Source: Anaerolineae bacterium (GTDB lineage Bacteria > Chloroflexota > Anaerolineae > Aggregatilineales > Phototrophicaceae). From it: a stretch of 64,000 nucleotides of DNA. A program made the position numbers and the translations under genes. Positions 16,853-24,717 of the stretch are shown here, piece by piece; the first letter of the stretch is position 1; each line of letters begins with the position of its first letter. The notes under the pieces were generated by a model, which saw nothing but the letters and a program-made list of their open reading frames with translations, was not told the origin of the DNA and did no database searches. The stretch is from NCBI GenBank assembly GCA_020849765.1, contig JADLAY010000017.1:44906-108905 (forward strand), written 5' to 3'.

Positions 16853-18094
16853 CTAGAGTTCCGCGGCGAAGATGTCCGACAGCAGCGCTTCGTAGAGCTG
16901 AGCGCCGACGAAGCGCGTCAGCCACAATTCCGGCCCGGACTCCTGATCGGCGGGGATGATGACCTCCGCCGTGGCGACGAAACGCCCGCGCTGCAAGTGA
17001 GTGAACGCGTGCGTGGCGTCCACATCACAGACGGTCTCGCTGCGCGTGTAGAGTGGGTACTTGAGCAGCACCGGGTTGCTCGGCGTGTAGCCATCGGCCT
17101 CGGCCAGCGTGTCCAGATAGCCATCGGTGATGGCGGCGTGCGCATCCGCGGCGCTCGCGTACGCATCGACCGTGTAGGCGACCTGCATGAACGGCAGTTG
17201 GCTCAGGTCACAGGTGGTCGTCTCAATTGAGTTGGCAACGCGATAGGCGTGATTGTGCGCAGCCAGGAAGTCGGCAAAGGCCGCCTGCTCGCTCTCCGGC
17301 GCGCTGGCCGCCGTCTCCTCGGTCGTGCGGATGCCGCTGCTGGCATCATCGACGATCAGGCCTTCGGGGACGTCCGGGCGAATGACGTCCAGGGCCGCTT
17401 CCACGTCTTCCGCGGTCGTTGTCGAGGTCTCATGCGCCGGCAGATCGACCGCCACTTCAGCCGGGTCGGTCAGGATGACGACCGTTTGCAGCGTCGTGCC
17501 CGGCTCGGGGTCCGTCTCCGGGTCGCGCAGGCGGATCGCGTCGACGTTCGACTGCCCATCGACCACCTTGCCGAAAATAGTGTGCTGGTAATTGAGATGC
17601 GGCGTCGGCACGGTCGTGATGAAAAACTGGCTGCCGTTGGTGCCTGCGCCCGCGTTCGCCATCGCCAGCAGGCCGGGCGTATCGAACGTCAGGTACGGCA
17701 GCAGTTCGTCAGTGAACTGGTAGCCGGGGCCGCTGGTGCCGGTCGCGGTCGGGTCGCCGCCCTGGGCCATGAAGCCCTCGATCACGCGGTGAAAGGTCGT
17801 GTTGTTGTAATAACCGTTGTCAGCCAGGAAGACGAAGTTGTTGACGGTCAGCGGCGTGTATTCTTCGAGCAAATCAATCGTGACCGGGCCGACGTCTGTG
17901 CAGAAGACAGCGTAGTAATCCGCGTTGGCTTCGAGCACCGTTTCCGGGTTTTCGTATTCGCGCGATGCGGGATCGGCGGCGGGCACGGCTTCGGCGCAGA
18001 TGTCCGCGGGGGTGCGCGCCTCTTGGGCGGCGGCGGGCAGCGTCATCGCCAGCACGAGCGCGGCGGCGATCAGCAGGGATAAGCAGCGTTTCAT
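16853..18094 (-). CDS. Secreted cyclophilin-type peptidyl-prolyl isomerase with a ~200-aa C-terminal extension
   Basis: Signal peptide MKRCLSLLIAAALVLAMTLPAAAQ. FHRVIEGFMAQGGDP and SQFFITT cyclophilin motifs. Confidence 0.85.
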   Translation of the reverse strand: MKRCLSLLIAAALVLAMTLPAAAQEARTPADICAEAVPAADPASREYENPETVLEANADYYAVFCTDVGPVTIDLLEEYTPLTVNNFVFLADNGYYNNTTFHRVIEGFMAQGGDPTATGTSGPGYQFTDELLPYLTFDTPGLLAMANAGAGTNGSQFFITTVPTPHLNYQHTIFGKVVDGQSNVDAIRLRDPETDPEPGTTLQTVVILTDPAEVAVDLPAHETSTTTAEDVEAALDVIRPDVPEGLIVDDASSGIRTTEETAASAPESEQAAFADFLAAHNHAYRVANSIETTTCDLSQLPFMQVAYTVDAYASAADAHAAITDGYLDTLAEADGYTPSNPVLLKYPLYTRSETVCDVDATHAFTHLQRGRFVATAEVIIPADQESGPELWLTRFVGAQLYEALLSDIFAAEL

Positions 18095-18329
18095 CTAGAC
18101 TCTCCGTTCAGTCAGGCGGGAGGCTCAATGGTAGCCGATACGCCCAGCTTTGCCAGGGCGGGAGTTTGAGGACAGAGGCACGCCGAAGCACTCATAGTCA
18201 GCCAGACTGGCTTACCGACGTACCATTTGCCAGACGACTTAAGAGGATCATCCTCCCCCATTTTCACGGGGGTTTCGACACTTGGCGTAGAAGATTTACA
18301 AATTTCTTCTATTTGGAAATTATCATGCT

Positions 18330-19367
18330 ATGGCATACGGCAATCGTATGAACTTCTACGGCCACACAAGCCTGATGGAAGGGTCGGTGAATATGAGTTT
18401 GGAGACATCTCACGTGCAGTTGGCGCAAGCGATGGCACATCTCGAAAAAGATGAAACAGCCGAAGCGTTGCGCTTGCTGAATGACCTGATTGAAAAGGTC
18501 GACCTCCTCGACGCGCATCGTTTGCGCTTCACCATCTTGATAAAACGAATCGACAATCCCCATGATCTACGCGCATCACTGGACGTGTTGCGAACGGAAG
18601 CCCCTGATATATACAGCGCCGGGTTGGTGGAACTCGAGACTCAAATTCACAATCGTTTGAGCGAATTGCAGGACGGGATTACCGAAGCCACGCAGCGTGC
18701 CGAGATGCAGTCGTACCTCGACGAATACGACGCACTTGTGGTGTTGAGCGACCTGTTCCCCGTCATTCAGGTTGCCCGTGGGCTGGGCTATATGGCCGCC
18801 GCTCGCATCAGGGACAAAAAGGGGCAACCGGGCACCGAATCCCCCTACGAACATCTGCGGAGATTGCTCGCTAAAGACATGGCGGTCCCTTTCATGCGCG
18901 AACGTAATGAAACGGACAGCGTCGACGATACACAGGCCGAAAGGTGGCGCATGACCGCAGAACAGGCACTGTCTGCGGCGCTGATTTCCTTAACGCCGAA
19001 TCATCCATCCGTTGTCGAGATCCATGAAGTCTTAGGGATGCTCTACGAGGGCATGCATGAATACAGCAAGGCACTGCGGTCCTTTCAGGCCGCAATAGAG
19101 CACGGCAGCAGCAACATGGAGGACAAGGTACACGAACTCACAACGAAGATCAAACAGGAAACAGAGCGTCTGGCACTGGAGCGAGTCGATTCACTCCTGG
19201 CGAACCAACACCTGGACGAAGCCGAAACCTGCCTGGCGGAGTATGCGCCAGATGCGTTGACCGATGCCTGGCACTTACGTTATGCGGAACTCGCATTGCT
19301 ACGTGGTGACCGCGAAACAGCAATGCATCACTACGCCCTCATCCTGCCCCTTGTCCACAACAAATGA
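18330..19367 (+). CDS. All-helical, TPR-like repeat protein, function unknown
   Basis: 345 aa with natural composition in a lower-GC patch. Start uncertain (ATGs at 18330, 18348, 18375, 18390). The stop is 15 nt before the next gene's ATG (AAGGAG RBS), so an operon. Confidence 0.6.
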   Translation: MAYGNRMNFYGHTSLMEGSVNMSLETSHVQLAQAMAHLEKDETAEALRLLNDLIEKVDLLDAHRLRFTILIKRIDNPHDLRASLDVLRTEAPDIYSAGLVELETQIHNRLSELQDGITEATQRAEMQSYLDEYDALVVLSDLFPVIQVARGLGYMAAARIRDKKGQPGTESPYEHLRRLLAKDMAVPFMRERNETDSVDDTQAERWRMTAEQALSAALISLTPNHPSVVEIHEVLGMLYEGMHEYSKALRSFQAAIEHGSSNMEDKVHELTTKIKQETERLALERVDSLLANQHLDEAETCLAEYAPDALTDAWHLRYAELALLRGDRETAMHHYALILPLVHNK

Positions 19368-19382
19368 GCAAGGAGATACCTG

Positions 19383-22124
19383 ATGGACTGGAATGATCCT
19401 TTCGTTGTGAGTAAAGCCTACGCGAAACTCCGCTCCATCGATCCGCCTGTCAATGCCGGATCAGATGCGGCTGTCCTTCCTCACGTGGCATTCAACGTGC
19501 CCGCCGATGACGTCAGGCGCCGAGCGCTTGCGGGTGTGCTTCATCTTCATCGCCAGGGTCGCCAGCAGTTTGATTTTCTGCCGCACCTGGAGACAGCCCT
19601 CCTATATGGCGACTTCGATGAGGAGACCAAACGCACGCTGCGCGCTGAAATCCGGGCGATTGAACGCGAGCGCCAGCAAGCTGCTTTTGCGACGATTCGC
19701 AGACTCAAGCGGAAGAAACTGCATGTCCAACCGAAACGCCGTTCGACAACCCGCCAACCCGCATCGTTTGTGATGCAGGTGACCGACGATAGCTGCATCG
19801 TCCGCTTTGGCTACCGGCTCACTAACGTGCGCGCAGTGCGCTTTGACATGCCCGTCGAGGCGGAAGGCGCGGCGTTACTCAGAACGCTGACTCAGGCTGT
19901 TGAAATCTGGAAAGACCGCCTCAGCCTGGGCCTTGAAGCTGACTTTACCTGGCGCTATTCCAGCGAGGCTCACCGTGTGAATCTGGAGTTGCTGGTTGAG
20001 CTTCATTTGCCGGAACCTGAAATGGCGGAGGAAGTCGTTCGTGGCCTACAAACCATCATTGAAAACCAACAGCCATTTCCCGAAGTCTATCATTTTGCGC
20101 GAATCGTCGAAAGGAAGCATCTTAAGAATTTCTACGGCAGCACATCGTTTGCCAGCGTCGCGGAGATCGTGCGCCATGAAGGTGTGATGGAGTATGAAGG
20201 GAAGAACCTCTATGTGATCTTTCCGGTGAAGGTGGATAGCGACCGCTTACACGATCTCATGGTCTACCTGCGTAGCGCAACGGATGGCAACGTCATCGAC
20301 ATCAAGATACGCCCCTCTGCGGTGACGCGCTCAGAGATCGATGCCGCTCTCGAGGCTATCACCATTGGCGTGAGTTATTATGACGAGGACAGCGAAGAGA
20401 TTCGGCTGAAAATGTCGGAAGGCGCGATCTTTGACCATCAATGGCTGAAAGCGCTGGATGCTTACCGGATGATGCTTTCCCAGATCCACAGCCAGGCTTA
20501 CGAAGTGCGCCTGCGTGTTGCCAGCAAAACGGATATCGACATCTTGCCGCTCGCCACGTTGGCCGGGCGTTCGCTCCTTGGCCTGGGAGCCTTCGACGTG
20601 ATTCCGGCGGCCTATGGTGCTCGGTCAATCGCCCTTGACGATCTGTCACCTCGCACCCGCGCCCCGGCAGAACTATCTCGGTTGCGCCGCATGTGGTCGC
20701 TTGTCGAAACAGCTTTTGTCACCCGCCTGCCACGACCATCTGCGGCGGGCATACCGGGAATCCCAATGACCCAGGTTAAGCCCCACCGGATACCCTCCGG
20801 GCTGCCTGAAGAGGGCTGTGTACTTGGACAGGTCACATCACAGGGAGAAACCACACCCACCCTGGTAAAACTACCTTACGTCGACCGCACACGACATGTC
20901 TATGTCGTCGGCCGAACCGGCACCGGCAAAACGACCATGCTGCATAACATGGCGCTGCAAGACATCGAAAATGGGCATGGTGTTGGGGTGATCGACCCCC
21001 ATGGCGACTTGATCGATGCGTTGTTGGAGCGCATACCGCACCATAGAGCCGGGGATGTTGTCCTGTTTGACCCTGGGGATATCTCGCGCCCGGTGGGTTT
21101 GAATTTGCTCGACGTGGAGGGCCCCATTGCGCAGAATTTGGCTGTCGCCGATTTTATTGGCTTGATGTACAGCATGTACGATCCGGGCCACACCGGGATC
21201 GTCGGCCCTCGATTCGAGCAAAGCGTGCGCAACAGCATGTACACCGCGATGGCAATACCCGGTGCGACCATCATCGACGTGCTGCGCATTATTAGCGATA
21301 ACCGGTACAGTCACGACGTCCAGAAGTATCTCACCGATCCGATTGTCAAAGACTATTGGGAGAAGATATACGACAGCCAGAGTGACTTTCATCGCAGCGA
21401 AGTCAAAGACTACATCACCAGCAAGTTCAGCCGCTTCACATCCGATCGTATGGTGCGGCAGATTATCGGCCAATCCAAGACCAGTCTCAATTTCGCCGAC
21501 ATTTTCAACAACAAGAAGATTCTGCTCGTCAATCTGGCGAAAGGGCGTATCGGCGAGTTCAACAGCCAGTTCCTGGGCTTCATTCTCGTATCGCAATTGT
21601 TGATTGCCGCATTCCAACGTGTGAACCAGGCTGTTGATCTGCGTATCCCATACTATCTGTACATTGATGAGTTTCAGAACTTCGCCACACCCGGCCTGGG
21701 GGCCATGCTTTCGGAGGGGCGAAAATATGGACTGGCGCTCACGCTGGCGCATCAATTCATCCATCAGCTGGATGTCAAAATCCGTGAAGCGGTTTTCGGT
21801 AACGTAGGCACTATCTGCGCTTTCCAGGTTGGGTTGCAGGATGCAGAGTATCTGGCTCGCGAGATGTACCCCGTCTTTGGCACTGACGATCTGGTCAATT
21901 TGCCAGCATATCATGCCGCGTCCAAGATTTTGGCGCACAAACAGACCCTGATGCCGTTTGTGATGCAGACGCTGCCCGAACAGAATCAGCCGCGAAAGGA
22001 AGTTGCTGACGCCATCCGGACTTTCAGTGGCCTGACATATGGGAGTAACGCGGCTGTCGTCGAAGACAACATTCGCGCTCAATTCGCGCTGCCCCTACAG
22101 AAACGTATGGAGCTGCTGACCTGA
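19383..22124 (+). CDS. Large P-loop ATPase of the HerA/FtsK/VirD4-TraD type with an unrecognised ~480-aa N-terminal region
   Basis: Walker A VVGRTGTGKTT (about nt 20905-20940), then VGVIDPHGDL. Walker B-like YYLYIDEFQNF. EGRKYGLALTLAHQ (TraG-D_C/HerA-like). No TM segments. Confidence 0.75.
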   Translation: MDWNDPFVVSKAYAKLRSIDPPVNAGSDAAVLPHVAFNVPADDVRRRALAGVLHLHRQGRQQFDFLPHLETALLYGDFDEETKRTLRAEIRAIERERQQAAFATIRRLKRKKLHVQPKRRSTTRQPASFVMQVTDDSCIVRFGYRLTNVRAVRFDMPVEAEGAALLRTLTQAVEIWKDRLSLGLEADFTWRYSSEAHRVNLELLVELHLPEPEMAEEVVRGLQTIIENQQPFPEVYHFARIVERKHLKNFYGSTSFASVAEIVRHEGVMEYEGKNLYVIFPVKVDSDRLHDLMVYLRSATDGNVIDIKIRPSAVTRSEIDAALEAITIGVSYYDEDSEEIRLKMSEGAIFDHQWLKALDAYRMMLSQIHSQAYEVRLRVASKTDIDILPLATLAGRSLLGLGAFDVIPAAYGARSIALDDLSPRTRAPAELSRLRRMWSLVETAFVTRLPRPSAAGIPGIPMTQVKPHRIPSGLPEEGCVLGQVTSQGETTPTLVKLPYVDRTRHVYVVGRTGTGKTTMLHNMALQDIENGHGVGVIDPHGDLIDALLERIPHHRAGDVVLFDPGDISRPVGLNLLDVEGPIAQNLAVADFIGLMYSMYDPGHTGIVGPRFEQSVRNSMYTAMAIPGATIIDVLRIISDNRYSHDVQKYLTDPIVKDYWEKIYDSQSDFHRSEVKDYITSKFSRFTSDRMVRQIIGQSKTSLNFADIFNNKKILLVNLAKGRIGEFNSQFLGFILVSQLLIAAFQRVNQAVDLRIPYYLYIDEFQNFATPGLGAMLSEGRKYGLALTLAHQFIHQLDVKIREAVFGNVGTICAFQVGLQDAEYLAREMYPVFGTDDLVNLPAYHAASKILAHKQTLMPFVMQTLPEQNQPRKEVADAIRTFSGLTYGSNAAVVEDNIRAQFALPLQKRMELLT

Positions 22125-22566
22125 CAACCCGTAATGCAAAGGCAAGAATGCCACAGAGCATAAGGCGAAGACTGGCTTCAGGTGAGCAAGTACCAACGGC
22201 CAATGAGGCGAGAACTGCCGTCAGGGGTCGTCGGCAGTCACCTGTGGCAATACCCAGGACGTTCAACCAGCGGCGAAGATCGGCTTGAGGACGAGCGCGC
22301 CGCCGAGGCAGACGAAGATGTAGACGAGATTGACGACCGCGCGGGTCGCCCAGGGATGGTGCGAGAAATCGAGCCCGACCGCGCGCCCAACGATCACAAC
22401 GACGGTCGCCAGGTCGTGCAGGCCCGCCCGAAATGACGAACGTCATCAGCAGCGCGATCACACAGCGTGGGATTCGGCCTCTCACACGGAAGGCTCATGC
22501 AACCGATGCTAACGCGGCGGCGTATACGGGGTTACGACTCGTGAACACAAATGCAGGGCATTGATC

Positions 22567-23271
22567 ATGGCGAAGGCACAACCGCAGACGTCCAGGCGAC
22601 ATTCGTGGATCGGCCCGATCCTTGCCGCGGTGATGTTCATCGCCGTCACCGGCGGGCTGATCTACGCCATGAATACGCTCGGCACGGAGCGCTTGCAGCA
22701 GATCGTGCGCGACGCCGGGCCGCTCGCCCCGCTGATCTACATCCTGCTGCGCGCGGCGACCTACGTTTTCGCCCCGCTAACGACCGGCCCGATCCAGATC
22801 GCGAGCGGCGCATTGTTCGGCGTCTGGGGCGGCATTATCCTGTCGGTCATCGGCGAGACGCTCGGCGGCAGCATCAACTTCTTCATCGGGCGGCGCTTTG
22901 GGCGCCCGGTCGCGCTGCGGCTGGCCGGTGAGGAAGGGCTGAAGAAAGCTGAGGAGTACTACCAGCTCGTCGGCGATTGGCGCGGGCTGGTCGTCGCGCG
23001 GTTGGTGCTGTTCGCCATCTGGGACTTCCTCAGCTACGTGATCGGCTTCACGCCCGCGAAGTTCATCCATTACCTGCTCGTGTCGCTGTTCGTCGGCGCC
23101 ATCCCGACGGCAGCGGCCGTCTTCCTCGGCTCACAGTTAGGCGGCGACAATCAAACACTGCTGATCGTCGGCCTGATCGTCCTCTGCGTCGTCTTGCTGC
23201 TGCCGGTGCTGTTCAGCAAGCGCATCCGCCATTGGATGAGCACGCGCGGTTCCGCCAAACCCGGGTTGTAA
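22567..23271 (+). CDS. TVP38/TMEM64 (DedA-related, SNARE-associated) family membrane protein
   Basis: ..PLIYILLRAATYVFAPLTTGPIQIASGALFGVWGG..INFFIGRRFGRP.. is the family signature. ATG 22567 is preferred over TTG 22561. Confidence 0.8.
   Translation: MAKAQPQTSRRHSWIGPILAAVMFIAVTGGLIYAMNTLGTERLQQIVRDAGPLAPLIYILLRAATYVFAPLTTGPIQIASGALFGVWGGIILSVIGETLGGSINFFIGRRFGRPVALRLAGEEGLKKAEEYYQLVGDWRGLVVARLVLFAIWDFLSYVIGFTPAKFIHYLLVSLFVGAIPTAAAVFLGSQLGGDNQTLLIVGLIVLCVVLLLPVLFSKRIRHWMSTRGSAKPGL
23158..23249 (+). repeat. Direct repeat copy A (3' end of the TVP38-family gene)
   Basis: 92 nt, 3 mismatches to 24104-24195 by hand alignment. Confidence 0.8.
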
Positions 23272-23359
23272 GCAGGTGATGGGTTTGCTGCAGCAGGGAT
23301 TAGCCGACTATACTGACACAAAGACTGAGTAGGCTATCAGAAGACAAACGGAGGCACGG

Positions 23360-24061
23360 ATGATGGATGCCAGTTTGATTCAACAAGCATATACCAGCAT
23401 TCAGCAGCACTTTGTCGAAACGGGACGCGCTCCACATTACACCGAATTAGCCTCGCTCCTGAGGATTACGCCCGACGAGGCACGCGCAGTCCAAAGCGCC
23501 GCAGCCAAAGCCGGTGTCGGGTGCTGGATTAGCGCAGACACCGATTACATCGCCTCATGGGCACCCTTCTCAAACATCCCCACCCAGTATCTCGTCACGG
23601 TAGACGGCCAACAAAAATGGTATGCGCAGTGAGGCCTGGAATCGCTGGCCGTGGGCTGGCTCTTTCCGGGCAAGGAAGTGCGCATAGAAGCGCGCTGTCT
23701 TGATTGCGGCGAGTCTATCCTCGTGCGCACAAAGGATGGCGAACTTCTGGACGCAAATCCGGACACCATTATCGGGCACATCAGCCTTCCCATCCGCCAA
23801 TGGGGAGCCGTCGCCAACGCCTTCCTCTGAAGTCACATCAATCTCTTCCGGTCGGAAGAACATGCGAAAAACTGGTTGCTCTATGATCCGTTGTCCGAGG
23901 AGTCGATCATGTCGCTGGCGGAGTGGATGCGGCTTGTCCGTGTCGGCTTGTGGCGCAACCGACTGCAGCCGGATTATCTCGCGCGGGTAGGCGAGTATCG
24001 CGCTGAGTTCCTGGCTACGGTGCATGAGATGGGCAAGACAGGCCCCTTCTGGCAGGTTTGA
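23360..24061 (+). CDS. MerB (alkylmercury lyase)-family protein with two in-frame TGA codons at the catalytic-Cys positions; candidate selenoprotein (alternative: pseudogene)
   Basis: One frame runs from ATG 23360 (GGAGG upstream) to TGA 24059-24061, interrupted only by TGA 23630-23632 and TGA 23828-23830. Motifs WYAQ-U-GLESLA, ARCLDCGESILV and FL-U-SHINLFRSEEHAKNW parallel MerB YAW-C96-ALD, the internal Cys region and F-C159-C-HVHFF..EDW. Confidence 0.6.
23644..23660 (+). other. SECIS-like hairpin 1
   Basis: GCUGGCC-GUG-GGCUGGC: 7 bp (5 Watson-Crick + 2 G-U). The loop starts 19 nt after the A of TGA 23630-23632. Confidence 0.4.
23844..23859 (+). other. SECIS-like hairpin 2
   Basis: UCUUCC-GGUC-GGAAGA: 6 Watson-Crick bp. 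The loop starts 20 nt after the A of TGA 23828-23830. Confidence 0.45.
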
Positions 24062-24103
24062 TAGACCAGGAAACAACTTTAGAGAGCTGATGCTCTCCAA
24101 ATG

Positions 24104-24195
24104 CTGCTGATCGTCGGCCTGATCGTCCTCTACGTCGTCTTGCTGCTGCCGGTGCTGCTCAGCAAGCGCATCCGCCACTGGATGAGCACGCGCGG
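24104..24195 (+). repeat. Direct repeat copy B (orphan duplicate of the TVP38-family 3' end)
   Basis: Encodes an orphan frame MLLIVGLIVLYVVLLLPVLLSKRIRHWMSTRGTSKGDC. Preceded by the hairpin GAGAGC-TGAT-GCTCTC (24082-24097). Confidence 0.8.
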
Positions 24196-24321
24196 CACCT
24201 CCAAAGGCGACTGCTGAGCCGTAAATTCACACGAAACCCGCGAAACGTAGGTCACGAGTCGGGTAGCGCGGCGCATTCTGTGGCAGGATCGGGCCGTCGC
24301 TCAGCGAATGGAGTACTGCCC

Positions 24322-24717
24322 ATGACACATACTCAGACTCAGTCATCCATCACGCCGTTCATGCTCGTGATCGGCATCGCCGTCGCGCTCTTCCTCGTGA
24401 GCATCGTCGCGCCGTTTTACGCCCTGGGGCTGCATCTCGAACCGGCCAATCTGGTCGCGGGCGGCAGCTTCGATCCGAAAGGCTTCGAACTGACCGGTGG
24501 CTGGCTGCGCATGGTCGGCTTCCTCACGCTCACGCTCGGCCCGCTGGCCGTGGCCGTCTGCGGCGGCCTGATCGCCTTCCGCCTGCTGCGACGCGGGGAT
24601 CAGCTTCCCAGCCGTCTGCGCCTCTACGGGGTGATCAGCTGCGCGGCAGCCATCGGCCTGTGGCTGTTCATCTTCTCGCCGCTGGGCCGCTTGATCCTGG
24701 CCTGGTTTCTCGACTAG
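24322..24717 (+). CDS. Small 4-TM membrane protein, function unknown
   Basis: 131 aa from ATG 24322 (MTHTQTQSSITPFMLVIGIAVALFLV..). Four hydrophobic helices. Confidence 0.55.
   Translation: MTHTQTQSSITPFMLVIGIAVALFLVSIVAPFYALGLHLEPANLVAGGSFDPKGFELTGGWLRMVGFLTLTLGPLAVAVCGGLIAFRLLRRGDQLPSRLRLYGVISCAAAIGLWLFIFSPLGRLILAWFLD

Noticed and set aside
20871-22082. 403-aa minus-strand ORF
   Set aside because: Antisense to the ATPase gene, whose Walker motifs establish the plus frame.
22182-22436. 84-aa plus-strand ORF
   Set aside because: Asp/Glu/Arg-rich low-complexity sequence with no RBS. It lies in the putative decayed region.
23630-23830. Genome-wide TGA reassignment (code 4/25) as the explanation for the in-frame TGAs
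   Set aside because: Many well-supported genes here terminate at TGA at the expected length (e.g. 1573-1575, and the MerB-like gene itself at 24059-24061). High GC also argues against known TGA-recoding lineages.
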